Source: Terrimicrobiaceae bacterium (GTDB taxonomy: Bacteria > Verrucomicrobiota > Verrucomicrobiia > Chthoniobacterales > Terrimicrobiaceae). From it: 31,992 bases of DNA. Location: positions 1 through 31,992 of the forward strand of contig JBGSVZ010000003.1 of the NCBI GenBank assembly GCA_041752695.1. Direction: 5' to 3'. The position numbers and the translations under genes are program-made. Shown here one piece after another: positions 17,567-27,170 of the stretch (its first letter is position 1; every line of letters starts with the position of its first letter). Under the pieces are notes generated by a model, which worked only from the letters and a program-made list of their open reading frames with translations, did not search any database and was not told where the DNA came from.

Positions 17567-19018
17567 ATGAAACCAATCCCCAAAATCTTAAGCCAGACTG
17601 CAGCGACCTTCTGCCTCTGTGCCACCAGCCTCCATGCGGCAAGTCACAGCGATGCGCCAACCATCAAACAAGATCCCCAAGCCAACCTGACCGACGTTTA
17701 CGCGTTCGTGGGAGACTACGCCATTGGCGGCAAGGCGCTGAACGTGGTTGTTCACGTCCGACCGTTTTCCGAGCCAGGCGATGGCGTAATCTATGACCGG
17801 TTCGCAGACGACGCACGCTACAGCATTCACATCACGGAACCAACGACCGGAAAAACTGTCGTGAGATACGACTTTATGTTCTCCAGCGTTAACAGTGGGT
17901 ACAAGAACCCAAACACCATCCTCCAATACGGGTTGGGCACCGAGCTTGGTGCGATCCAGACGTTGGGCGATGCCCGGCAGAATTACGTCCAGACTTATCG
18001 CGTGGAACGGGACCCCGCCAAAGGCAAGTCCCGGGAAATCAGCCTGGGAGATCTTATCGTGCCCCCGCCTAATGTCGGCATTAGGACCACTCCGCTCTAC
18101 AACGACTCCGAAGGGAAAGCCGTTTCCGGTGCGGCAACATCCGATGCACTGGATTCCTACACCAAGCAGGGCGTCTATCCCGTCCGCGACAACATCACCG
18201 TCTTCGCCGGACCGCGCGAAGATGGGTTTTATGCGGACACCCCCGCGATCTTTGACCTTCTCGCCCCCCGCTTTTTGGATAATACCGGCACCCTGGCGGA
18301 AGGTTTGGGGCAGGACGGCAATGGCGTGGACGGTTTTAAAGGCTACAACGTCCTTGCTTTCGGCATTCAAATCCCGCTCTCCGAAATCACCCAAGTCAAT
18401 GGCTTTCCCAAAGTCGGGGTCTATGCTTCTGTCAGCCGTCGCAACCGCACCTATCGCGGTGGCGAAGCCAAGGCTTCGGGTCCTTGGACGCAGGTAAATC
18501 GGATGGGCAATCCGCTTTTCAACGAAGTCCTCGTCGCTTCAGCAGACAAAGACCGCTACAACACCACGTCTCCCGAACGCGACGCCGCCCTTTTCGCTAA
18601 GTATGCGCTGACCAGCGAACTCGCTTCCCTCGTCAACACGGTTTACGCCACGAATTTTGCCACCACCGGACGCACGGATCTGCAGGGAATTTACATTCCC
18701 GACGTGCTGCGCGTCGATACTTCCACGGAACCCGTCCGCCTCGCCGGACAAGCCGGTTTCAACCGTCTGAGCTTCCTCGGCGGTGACACCACGACCAATG
18801 GCACACCCAGCGGCTGGCCAAATGGACGGCGCTTCGGCGACGACGTTGTGGATATCGCCCTCACGGCCGTCGCGAACGGACCGGCATACACCCAGCCCCT
18901 CACCCCCGTGGGAGATAACGTGACGGACAACGACCAACTCTTTAACCAGGTCTTCCCCTACTCGGCCACGCCCCATGCGGGTCCGACGAATCGAAAAGAT
19001 CCTTCGCCCACACCCTAG
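17567..19018 (+). CDS. DUF4331 family secreted protein
   Basis: Signal peptide then ASHSDAP..DP..LTDVYAF, VFAGPREDGFY, QVNRMGNPLFNEVL, GWPNGRRFGDDVVDI, FPY. Confidence 0.88.
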   Translation: MKPIPKILSQTAATFCLCATSLHAASHSDAPTIKQDPQANLTDVYAFVGDYAIGGKALNVVVHVRPFSEPGDGVIYDRFADDARYSIHITEPTTGKTVVRYDFMFSSVNSGYKNPNTILQYGLGTELGAIQTLGDARQNYVQTYRVERDPAKGKSREISLGDLIVPPPNVGIRTTPLYNDSEGKAVSGAATSDALDSYTKQGVYPVRDNITVFAGPREDGFYADTPAIFDLLAPRFLDNTGTLAEGLGQDGNGVDGFKGYNVLAFGIQIPLSEITQVNGFPKVGVYASVSRRNRTYRGGEAKASGPWTQVNRMGNPLFNEVLVASADKDRYNTTSPERDAALFAKYALTSELASLVNTVYATNFATTGRTDLQGIYIPDVLRVDTSTEPVRLAGQAGFNRLSFLGGDTTTNGTPSGWPNGRRFGDDVVDIALTAVANGPAYTQPLTPVGDNVTDNDQLFNQVFPYSATPHAGPTNRKDPSPTP

Positions 19019-19032
19019 TTCCCCTGCCGAAC

Positions 19033-19066
19033 AAAAGCGCGGCCCGGCCACCCGGGTCGCGCTTTT
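19033..19066 (+). terminator. GC-rich stem-loop with A/T tails (intrinsic terminator or processing/attenuation hairpin)
   Basis: AAAAGCGCGGCCCGG-ccac-CCGGGTCGCGCTTTT, 6 nt upstream of the next ATG. Confidence 0.6.
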
Positions 19067-19072
19067 CCGTTG

Positions 19073-19855
19073 ATGAAGACACAACTTATAGCGGCTGCCG
19101 TCGTGGCAATCCTGGGAACGATCTGCCCCCTTCCTGCGCACGATTTTTGGATCGAACTTTCCGACTATTCGCCCGATCCCGGAGCGCCGGTGAAAGTGTT
19201 CCTCAAATCCGGACACGCTCCCATGGGTGAACCCGTGCCGCGTCTCGCAAAAGCCCTGGCGCAATTTGTTTTGGTCAGTGCAGACGGCTCGAACCCGGTT
19301 CCAGGCCTTGCGGGGAAGGATCCCGCCGGATATTTTCGCGCCGAAAAAATCGGCCCGGGCATCGTCGCCTATTCAACCCAGCCTCGCTTCATCACTCTGG
19401 ATGCGAAAAAGTTCGATACGCACCTCGTCCAGGAGGGCCTGGACGCCATTCGCGAACTGCGCGCCAAATCCGGCACCTCACAGGCACCGGCCCGCGAAGC
19501 TTATACCAAATACGCCAAGTGCCTGCTGCGCACCAAGGGGGCTGGTGAAAATCCCCCGATGCCCGTCGTTGGTCACTCTCTGGAGATTGTGCCGGACGCC
19601 GATCCCACTGCGGCTGATTTCGATGGCAAACTCACCGGTCGCGTGCTGTTCCAAGGCGCAGCTGCACCAGGACTTCTCGTTTCCGCATCTTCCCAGTCCA
19701 CCTCCCTGCAAACGCGCACCGATCAGGACGGGCGCTTCCAGATCCCCTTGGCAAGGTCGGCAGTGTGGGTGGTGAAAACCGTCCGCATGGCTGAAAGCAC
19801 GGATCCCACGCACGATTGGGAAAGCCACTGGGCTTCCCTCGTTTTCCATTTCTGA
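19073..19855 (+). CDS. DUF4198 family periplasmic protein (putative metal-binding)
   Basis: Signal peptide ending before HDFWIE (mature N-terminal His), REAYTKYAK, LEIVP, TDQDG, WESHWASLVF. Confidence 0.85.
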   Translation: MKTQLIAAAVVAILGTICPLPAHDFWIELSDYSPDPGAPVKVFLKSGHAPMGEPVPRLAKALAQFVLVSADGSNPVPGLAGKDPAGYFRAEKIGPGIVAYSTQPRFITLDAKKFDTHLVQEGLDAIRELRAKSGTSQAPAREAYTKYAKCLLRTKGAGENPPMPVVGHSLEIVPDADPTAADFDGKLTGRVLFQGAAAPGLLVSASSQSTSLQTRTDQDGRFQIPLARSAVWVVKTVRMAESTDPTHDWESHWASLVFHF

Positions 19856-19887
19856 GGTTATTCTCTCTCAGACCCGCTTTCCGCTTG

Positions 19888-19910
19888 TTATTGCGACATT
19901 GTCTCAATAA
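19888..19910. promoter_or_regulatory. Palindromic operator, Fur-box-like, upstream of the AraC gene
   Basis: TTATTGCGACA-T-TGTCTCAATAA: 11-1-11 with one mismatch, ending 9 nt before the GTG start. Confidence 0.6.
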
Positions 19911-19919
19911 AACTCCCGC

Positions 19920-20837
19920 GTGCTGACGGAAAAACCATTTCGAGAAGCTCCCGTTTGGGCGGGGGTGCAAGGCGAATGGCGGCCCCTGTTCGGGAATTTC
20001 GGTCGGGACGGCGTGAGCATCGAATGGCACGACTTCGAGTGTGAAAAACCCCTCGCCTGGTCCGACAGTTTTCATCCGGAGAGCTTGGAAATTTGCGTCA
20101 ATTTCTCCGGCTGCGGGACCATCCAGGAACGCCGGTCTCAAACCACCATCGTCAATCCCCAGACCGTCGCCCACTATTCCGCCTCCCCGGAGAAACTCAA
20201 AGCGGACCGTCATCCCGCCCAACGCCACCGGTTTCTCACTGTCGAAATGTCCCGCGATTGGCTGGCGATGGCGGTGCGCGGACACGAGGAAAGCCTCAAT
20301 CGCGAGACCCGCAGCTTCCTTGACGGGGTCACCCGGGCACGGCGGGCGCGGGAATTGCCCCTCCACCAACGAGTGCGCACGTCCGCAGAAGAGATGCTGC
20401 AACCTCCCCTCACGGGCTCCGGAGTGGCCTTTTGGTTCCACGCGAAAATCCTCGAGATTGCCGCGCACACGCTCACCGAGCCTGTCCCAGAGTTGTTTTG
20501 CCAGCGCCATAAACGCCTCGCCATGGACCGCGTGGAGCAGGTGAAAAAGCTCCTCGCCGAGGATCTGGAAAATCCCCCGACTCTCGCGCAGCTTGGCCGG
20601 AAGGTGGGATGCAGTCCGTTTTATCTCAGCCGGATTTTCTCCGAGAATACCGGCCTCACCATTTCGCGGCATCTCCGCCAGATTCGTCTGGAACGCGCCG
20701 CCGAGCTTCTTCGCTCGGGAAAATGCAATGTTACGGAAGCCGCCGTCACGGTGGGATATTCGAGCCTCAGTCATTTCTCCAAGGCCTTTGCCGAAATGTT
20801 TGGCGCCTGCCCGTGCGTCTTCCCCTTGCGGAAGTAA
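19920..20837 (+). CDS. AraC-family transcriptional regulator (PchR-like)
   Basis: C-terminal DLENPPTLAQLGRKVGCSPFYLSRIF..RLERAAELL..NVTEAAVTVGYSSLSHFSKAF double HTH. Confidence 0.93.
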   Translation: MLTEKPFREAPVWAGVQGEWRPLFGNFGRDGVSIEWHDFECEKPLAWSDSFHPESLEICVNFSGCGTIQERRSQTTIVNPQTVAHYSASPEKLKADRHPAQRHRFLTVEMSRDWLAMAVRGHEESLNRETRSFLDGVTRARRARELPLHQRVRTSAEEMLQPPLTGSGVAFWFHAKILEIAAHTLTEPVPELFCQRHKRLAMDRVEQVKKLLAEDLENPPTLAQLGRKVGCSPFYLSRIFSENTGLTISRHLRQIRLERAAELLRSGKCNVTEAAVTVGYSSLSHFSKAFAEMFGACPCVFPLRK

Positions 20838-20840
20838 GTT

Positions 20841-21929
20841 TCACCGCCCCGACTGCATGCCGCGCACCGGTCCGGCGTAACCCGTCATTTCCAAATACCC
20901 CTTGGCCGTCGTTGGCTGCCCGCCCCGCGTGCCTTCCGCCCGCACCGCGCCCTCCCAGTAGATGATGGGCTGAAGGAGCAATTCCTGAGCTGCCATTGCG
21001 GCACGAACGTCAACCTCCAGCTCAAGAGAAGGCACCCCAATCCGCCAACTCACCGGATAGTCCGCACCAGTCGCCGGGCTCTTCCACAACTCCTTCGGCT
21101 CGAGGGTAAATTCCGCATCCGAGAGGGCCGTTGTGCGACCTTCGATGTCGATAAACGTGCCCGCCGAAAAGGGATCGCGCCCGCCGTCTTTCGTCCGGAG
21201 TTGAAAAAGCATCAGTTCACTCCCGTCCGCAAAATGCAGACTGAACCAGTCCCAGCCCGTCTGGTTGTCGCCCAACTGGTTCGTGGCCCATTCGTGATCG
21301 AACCAACTTTCGCCCGTCACCGGAATTTTTTCGCCCCCCAGCCGCACCGTTCCTTCCGTTTCCAAGCTCGTGAACGAATAATAGTGCGACGCCTGTCCGG
21401 GCTTTGCGCCCTTCCGACTAATGCCCTCCGAGCCGTGAAACACCGGCGGTTTCGTCGGACTCAGCCGCAGGTCGATGGCCACGTCCCCATCCGCCGCCTG
21501 GATGCGAAACCCATCATCCTCCCAGCGGCACTCCCACCCCTCGATCCAGGCCAACCGGGCCCCGTCATCGAACCCGGCCTCACCATACGCCCCGCGCGAA
21601 ATCTTTTGGAAAAAATGAAACTTCTTTCCCGCGAGATCACTCACCGTGAAATGGGCGAACTTCACCTCCCGCGTCACGAACCTCGACAAGGGAATCACAT
21701 CCTCGCCGCCGGAATCGATGCCCTGACGGAAAAAAGTCAATTGATACCCGAACTCCCGCCCGTCCGCCGCCTGCAGGTTGCCGGTAAAATACCACCACTC
21801 CGTTTTGAAACCCCTGTGACTGCCGTGATCACGCGGAAATTCATAGGTCCAGCCCGGCTCCGCGACGCGCCACTGGGCGCCGGCCGTCCACGACCACGCC
21901 GTCAGCAAAACGACGACCAGCAGTCTCAT
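20841..21929 (-). CDS. Secreted AttH/CrtC-like (lipocalin-like) hydrolase
   Basis: FPRDHGSH..EWWYFTGNL, GYQLTFFR, SHYYS, WFDHEW, GWDWFSL, YWEG, GYLEMTGY. Confidence 0.9.
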   Translation of the reverse strand: MRLLVVVLLTAWSWTAGAQWRVAEPGWTYEFPRDHGSHRGFKTEWWYFTGNLQAADGREFGYQLTFFRQGIDSGGEDVIPLSRFVTREVKFAHFTVSDLAGKKFHFFQKISRGAYGEAGFDDGARLAWIEGWECRWEDDGFRIQAADGDVAIDLRLSPTKPPVFHGSEGISRKGAKPGQASHYYSFTSLETEGTVRLGGEKIPVTGESWFDHEWATNQLGDNQTGWDWFSLHFADGSELMLFQLRTKDGGRDPFSAGTFIDIEGRTTALSDAEFTLEPKELWKSPATGADYPVSWRIGVPSLELEVDVRAAMAAQELLLQPIIYWEGAVRAEGTRGGQPTTAKGYLEMTGYAGPVRGMQSGR

Positions 21930-21941
21930 TGCCGCAATGAC

Positions 21942-23072
21942 TTAGGATCCTGCGATGACGGCATTCACACCCTTCGTGTTGTTCAGCAGCGGTTTCATGC
22001 TCCAAAAGATCATCCCGCGCGCGCGGCTTGCACCGGTGCTCTGCTCAATGCGCAACTGGCGGGTGATCTCCTCCACCGGCCAGCCTTTCTCCGTCAGCCG
22101 ATCCACCGCAATGCCTGGATAGACCGGCACGCCGCGGGGATTCGCCTGGGGGCTGCGCCACCAACTGAGCAGGAGCGAAAAACTCTGCGGTCCACCCTCC
22201 CGCCAGTAAAGCTGCGGCGACAGGTAATCAATCCACCCCTCGCGCATCCATTTCAGCGGATCGCCATAAAGCTGATTAAACTGATCCACCCCCGCCGTCG
22301 TTCCCGCGGGCACGCCGGGCTGGTAGATGCCAAAGGGACTCACTCCAAAAATGGCGCCCGCTTTCGTCGTGCGCACCGCCTGACCCACCCGGCGGATGAG
22401 ACTGTTCACGTTTTCCCTCCGCCAATCCGCCTTGCCCAGCGCCCCGCCCTTCGCGCGATAGGCCCCATAGGTCGCATCATCGGGAAACGGATACACATGA
22501 CCGCTGTTAGTCGGATACGGATAAAAATAGTCATCAAAATGCACCCCCGCCACATCGTAGCGGCTCACCAGGTCCCGCACGACATTGAGGATGTGATTCT
22601 GCACCTCGGGCGCGCCCGGGTCCATCCACAGGACCGTGCCGATTTTGTAGGCATACTGCGGGAACCGTTTGGCAATGTGATTGCCCGCCCGCGAATGACT
22701 GATGTTGGCCGCGCCACGGTAGGGGTTCAACCACGCGTGGATGCCAATGCCCCGCTTTTTCCCTTCACTAATGAAAAACGCCAGCGGATCGTACCCCGGC
22801 GACGCTCCCTGCGTGCCGGTGAGAAAGCGGCTCCACGGCTCCAGACTCGAGGCATACAACGCGTCACTTTCGGGCCGCACCTGCACCATCAGGGCATTAA
22901 GCCGACAGCGTTTCGCGGTATCAAGAATCCGGACAATCTGCGCTTTCTGCGCCTCCGGAGCCAGCCCCTGCGATGAGGGAAAGTTAATATTATGCACCGA
23001 GGCCACCCAGGCCCCGCGGAAATCCGCCATGGCAATGAGCGGGAGAAGAAGACAGGCTAAAAAGATTTTCAC
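21942..23072 (-). CDS. YddW/DUF187 (GHL10) glycoside hydrolase-like protein
   Basis: FRGAWVASVHNINFPS, QVRPESDALY.S..EPWS, HAWLNPYR, RYDVAGVHFDDYFYPY, FGVSPFGI, DYLSPQLYW. Confidence 0.9.
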   Translation of the reverse strand: MKIFLACLLLPLIAMADFRGAWVASVHNINFPSSQGLAPEAQKAQIVRILDTAKRCRLNALMVQVRPESDALYASSLEPWSRFLTGTQGASPGYDPLAFFISEGKKRGIGIHAWLNPYRGAANISHSRAGNHIAKRFPQYAYKIGTVLWMDPGAPEVQNHILNVVRDLVSRYDVAGVHFDDYFYPYPTNSGHVYPFPDDATYGAYRAKGGALGKADWRRENVNSLIRRVGQAVRTTKAGAIFGVSPFGIYQPGVPAGTTAGVDQFNQLYGDPLKWMREGWIDYLSPQLYWREGGPQSFSLLLSWWRSPQANPRGVPVYPGIAVDRLTEKGWPVEEITRQLRIEQSTGASRARGMIFWSMKPLLNNTKGVNAVIAGS

Positions 23073-23074
23073 AA

Positions 23075-23995
23075 TTAATAGATAAACGATTCCGGCGGGG
23101 GATCACACGGCGTGATGCTTTGGGCCACCACCACGGGAATGCGACGCCCCCCCTCCAGCGGAAACGTCGCCTTGCCGATCACCTTCACCCAAGTCATCTC
23201 CGCCGACTCCATGGGCGTTTGGGTTTCCACACTCACCGCCACCGGACGCGCGTCGGCCGCACAACACATGACAAACATCCGCACGAGGTTAAATCGGTTC
23301 CCCGCCGCATTCTTCTCCTTCGCCGGCATGTACTGGCCGATCATCTCGACTTCCTTGCCGTCGAAATCGCCCCGCATCGTCGGTTCCTCCGCCGCGTACA
23401 GCAGATCCACCGTCTGCGCCGTAATCTGCCCGGCCGCATTGCGCGGCAGGTACGCGGAACTGGGTGTGGTCTCGACCGGAGCGACCGACCCGTCCTCGGT
23501 CGGCAAGGCCGGCTCCGTGTAAGGCTGGAAGCCCGGCAAGTCGTTGATGTCCTGCACGTATCCGCGATTCATCACCACCGCAGCCCCGAACTGGCTGGGC
23601 GAGACGGTCGCCGCCACCAACAAGGGAACGGTTAGGATCAGCGCCGGAAGAATTCGCACTTTGGTCCCGCCGTGATCATGCCCACAGGCCCCCGCTTTTT
23701 TCTTTACCGCATGGTCATGTCCGCAACATCCCCCCCCGGGCTCATGGACATGCCAATGGTCATCCGGCGGAGGCGTTTGGGGAACGTCATGATCTCCACA
23801 TTCATGCTCTTCCTGAGGCAAAAACAGCGTCCCCACCGCCATCAGCATCAGCACGACACCAGAGGCAATCGTCCACGGATGAAAAGCAGGGTGCAGGTAG
23901 GACCCGATCCGGTCCGTCACATAAAAATACGTCAGCACCACACCCCAGATGGCCAGCACCCCCGCGGAAACATATCGATGAATCGCCGCCGTCAT
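23075..23995 (-). CDS. TIGR03943/DUF1980 family membrane protein (YcgQ-like) with a His/Cys-rich loop
   Basis: YLHP after TM1, HECGDH..CCGHDH..CGHDH loop, GKEVEMIG, RMFVMCCAADA, TWVKVIG. ATG at 23995 overlaps the upstream stop (ATGA). Confidence 0.88.
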   Translation of the reverse strand: MTAAIHRYVSAGVLAIWGVVLTYFYVTDRIGSYLHPAFHPWTIASGVVLMLMAVGTLFLPQEEHECGDHDVPQTPPPDDHWHVHEPGGGCCGHDHAVKKKAGACGHDHGGTKVRILPALILTVPLLVAATVSPSQFGAAVVMNRGYVQDINDLPGFQPYTEPALPTEDGSVAPVETTPSSAYLPRNAAGQITAQTVDLLYAAEEPTMRGDFDGKEVEMIGQYMPAKEKNAAGNRFNLVRMFVMCCAADARPVAVSVETQTPMESAEMTWVKVIGKATFPLEGGRRIPVVVAQSITPCDPPPESFIY

Positions 23996-24903
23996 AACTT
24001 CAATACCGCCAATCGCACGCAAATGAGCCCGATCAAGATAAATAATCCAATCCCCAATCCCGCCACAAACCGCTTCTTAAAGACCGCGCTGTAAATGAAT
24101 AGCATCTTCAAATCGAACATCGGCCCCAACACCAGAAAGGCCAGCTTGGCCACCGCCGGGAACGCCACAAACGTCGCGGCAATAAACGCATCCGAGGTGC
24201 TGCACAGCGACAGGATCACCGCCAGTCCCATCAGCGAAAACACGGCCAGCCAGTCGTTCAGCGCCAGCGGCATGATGATCTCCTGATTCACACTCGTGCT
24301 GAAAAGGGCGGACACCGCCACGCCCAGCACGAAGTACACCATCACATCCATGAAATCCTTCACCGCCACCCGCAGCGCGTTTCCGATCCGCAGCAAGCCT
24401 CCGCCCCCGTGCGAGTGATCATGTTCGCCGCCCCCTCCCGCTAGGATTCCCTCCTTCAAGACCGAGCGCACCGGCAGGTTATGCACCGCAAACGCCACCA
24501 GCACCGCCACGAAAAAACCCAACCCCAGACGCAGCGCCGTGAACTCCGCCGCCCCCTGCCCGCGGAACGCTGCATACGTGCTCAGCGCCACAATGGGATT
24601 CACAATCGGCGCCGCCAGCATATAGGCGATGGCGTTGGAAACCGGCAATCCCTTGCGCATCAGCCGCCGGATCACCGGCACGATGCCACACTCGCACATC
24701 GGAAAAACCATCCCCATCGCCCCGCTCAGACACACCCCCAGAAAAACATTCTTCGGCAAAAACCGCACCATCACCTTCGACGGCAGGAACTCGTCAATGA
24801 TCCCCGACAAGATCGTGCCCAACAAAATAAACGGCACGCCCTCCAGCAATACGCTCAAAAACGCGTAGGCGAAATCCGTAAAACTGAAGGTGAACCACGG
24901 CAT
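23992..24903 (-). CDS. DUF318/ArsP_1 family permease (YcgR-like)
   Basis: SVLLEGVPF, FPMCECGIVP, APIVNP, LSLCSTSDAF, LAFLVLGPMFDLK. Confidence 0.92.
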   Translation of the reverse strand: MPWFTFSFTDFAYAFLSVLLEGVPFILLGTILSGIIDEFLPSKVMVRFLPKNVFLGVCLSGAMGMVFPMCECGIVPVIRRLMRKGLPVSNAIAYMLAAPIVNPIVALSTYAAFRGQGAAEFTALRLGLGFFVAVLVAFAVHNLPVRSVLKEGILAGGGGEHDHSHGGGGLLRIGNALRVAVKDFMDVMVYFVLGVAVSALFSTSVNQEIIMPLALNDWLAVFSLMGLAVILSLCSTSDAFIAATFVAFPAVAKLAFLVLGPMFDLKMLFIYSAVFKKRFVAGLGIGLFILIGLICVRLAVLKL

Positions 24904-25012
24904 GAAAGGCGCAAACTATCCACCACCCTCCAAAAAAATCCAGCGCCAAGCGCCGCAGAGCGCGCCCGTGATCGAAGTTCGACGTTCAACGCTACGTGCT
25001 GCCCCCACGGGC

Positions 25013-25267
25013 GTGATGAAAAGTGGGTAAGGCGCAAGACCAGCACCAAAGGTGCGGAAGTAAAATAGCCCAGTCCGCAGGGCTGGGCTCACGATGGCCA
25101 ATTTCAAGCGGCCTGAAGGGCCGCGATTGAGCCAAGGGGAGCGGCGGGCATTCTATCGCGGCCTTTCAGGCCGCCCCTATTTTCCAGCCAGAGCCTCGGG
25201 CCTTCGACCCGGGCGGTGGAATGACGGGCCTTCGGCCCACTCGCAGACCTCACCCACTTTTCATCAC
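25013..25267. repeat. 255-bp MITE/REP-cluster-like palindromic element upstream of xerD
   Basis: Terminal IR GTGATGAAAAGTGGGT(A/G)AGG at 25013-25032 and 25248-25267 (19/20). Internal IR at 25108-25127 / 25155-25174 (19/20) plus small hairpins. Confidence 0.7.
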
Positions 25268-25349
25268 ACCCTGCCCCCCACCCTCCTCTTTCGTCGCCAT
25301 TGCAGCGCGCTCTCCTCCATGGTAGTTTTCTCACCCAACCCAGCCATCC

Positions 25350-26240
25350 TTGCTGACCGAGCAGATCGAAAACTTCATCGCCTACCTCGCGGTCGAGCGC
25401 GGTCTGTCGACGAACTACCAGCTTTCGACCCAGCAATCCCTGGAGTCCTTTGGCGGCTGGATGCAGCAAATCGCCCAAACCTCCCTCCCCGACGTCACCG
25501 CCGGCCACCTCACCGACTATCTCACCTTCCGCAAGCGCGCCGGTCTGGCCGCCGCCTCCATCAAACTCGAAGCCGTCGCCCTCCGCATTTTTTTCCGCTT
25601 CCTCGTTGCGCGCAAGGTCCTCCGCGACGACCCCGCCGAGCACCTCGCCACCCCGCGCATCGAAGGCTACCTGCCGGAAACCCTCAATCCCCGCCAGGTC
25701 GAACTCCTGCTCGAAAGCATCACCGAGTCCGACCCCCTCGGCCTCCGCGATCGCGCCATCCTCGAGCTCCTCTACGCCAGCGGTCTGCGCGTCGCTGAAC
25801 TTTGCGGCCTCCGTCTCGAAGCCCTCCACCTCGAGGAAGGTTTTGTCCGGGTCACCGGCAAGGGCAACAAAACCCGCCTCGTCCCCGTCGGCACCCAGGC
25901 CCGCGATGCCCTCACCCGCTACCTCGCCACCGAACGCCCCACCCTCGTCGCCCCGAAAACCGGGGGCGAAGTCTTTCTCTCTATTCGCGGAAAAAAACTC
26001 ACCAACCAGCGCATCTGGCAGTTGGTGAAACAATACGCCGCCCGGGCGGGCCTGGAGTCCAACGTCTACCCCCACATCCTCCGCCACAGCTTCGCCACCC
26101 ACCTCCTGGCCGGCGGTGCCGATCTGCGCATTATCCAGGAATTGCTGGGGCACGCCGACATCTCCACCACCCAGATCTACACCCATGTCGACCGCACCCA
26201 GCTCAAAGCCGTGCACAAAAAATTCCACCCCCGCGCGTGA
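25350..26240 (+). CDS. xerD: Site-specific tyrosine recombinase XerD
   Basis: ERGLSTN, RDRAILELLYASGLRVAEL, GKGNKTRLVP, PHILRHSFATHLL, IQELLGHADISTTQIYTH, HKKFHPRA. TTG start. No IntI-specific insertion. Confidence 0.9.
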   Translation: MLTEQIENFIAYLAVERGLSTNYQLSTQQSLESFGGWMQQIAQTSLPDVTAGHLTDYLTFRKRAGLAAASIKLEAVALRIFFRFLVARKVLRDDPAEHLATPRIEGYLPETLNPRQVELLLESITESDPLGLRDRAILELLYASGLRVAELCGLRLEALHLEEGFVRVTGKGNKTRLVPVGTQARDALTRYLATERPTLVAPKTGGEVFLSIRGKKLTNQRIWQLVKQYAARAGLESNVYPHILRHSFATHLLAGGADLRIIQELLGHADISTTQIYTHVDRTQLKAVHKKFHPRA

Positions 26241-26318
26241 ACCCGGCCGGGAAGGTCAGTCGCCGCGACACTCAGGAAAGCCTTGAAAAATCCCCCCCGC
26301 TCCCCCAACTTCCCCTTT

Positions 26319-27107
26319 ATGACCGCCTTCGCCCGCGTTCTTCTTCCCGTCCTGCTCCTCCCCGTTCTTGCCCAAGCCGAAGAAATTCTGATCATCAACC
26401 CCGGCTTCGAGGACATTTCCGGCGAGGCCCCGTTTAACGAATTTACGTTCGGCCCCCTCAACGGCTGGAACCTGTACGATCCCGGCTCGGTCACCGACGG
26501 CGGAGACGGCCCCAACTATTACATCGGCACCCTTCGACCCACCGAGCGCAACCCGCTCACCAATCCGGGAGTTTACGAAAACTTCCCCAATGGCGCCGCG
26601 GAGGGGGTCAGGGTCGGGATCGCGTTTAACTTCGACTACACCGGCGGACAGGGGGAATACGGCTTCCAGCAAACCCTTGGGGCCACGCTCGCAGCGAACA
26701 CCACCTACACCCTCCAAGTCCAAATCGGAAACATCGCTTCCGGCTTTGCCGTCAATGGGGAATTCTTCACCCTCGACGGCTTCCCCGGCTATCGCATCGA
26801 CTTCCTGGCGGGCGGAGTCGTACTCCGTTCCGACAACAACTCCCTCGCCGCAGCCATCCCGGAAGGCCAGTTCGGACTTAGCACCGTTTCTTTCACCACC
26901 GACGCCAACCCGGCGCAACTCGGCCAGAACCTCGGCATCCGTCTCGTCAATCTTAATGTCGTGGACCCCGCCTTCCCCTCATCCGACCTCGAAGTCGATT
27001 TCGACGCCGTCAGCCTCACCGCGAATGCGGTCCCCGAACCCTCCGCCCTCATGCTCCTCAGCGGCTGCGCCCTCCTGGCCGTCTTACGACGCCGATCCGT
27101 GAGCTAA
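26319..27107 (+). CDS. PEP-CTERM exosortase-target surface protein
   Basis: Signal peptide, NPGFE..FDAVSL jelly-roll-like domain, C-terminal VPEPSALMLLSGCALLAVLRRR. Confidence 0.92.
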   Translation: MTAFARVLLPVLLLPVLAQAEEILIINPGFEDISGEAPFNEFTFGPLNGWNLYDPGSVTDGGDGPNYYIGTLRPTERNPLTNPGVYENFPNGAAEGVRVGIAFNFDYTGGQGEYGFQQTLGATLAANTTYTLQVQIGNIASGFAVNGEFFTLDGFPGYRIDFLAGGVVLRSDNNSLAAAIPEGQFGLSTVSFTTDANPAQLGQNLGIRLVNLNVVDPAFPSSDLEVDFDAVSLTANAVPEPSALMLLSGCALLAVLRRRSVS

Positions 27108-27170
27108 ACCCGGCCCGCATCCTCTGCGCCAGCCCAAACGCCTCCCTGATTGGTTAAAATCACGAAGACG

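Noticed and set aside
25350..26240. Tyrosine recombinase as the integron integrase for the nearby cassettes
   Set aside because: It has XerD hallmarks (HPRA end, ERGLS.N), lacks the IntI-specific insertion, and lies at the distal end of the array rather than the attI end.
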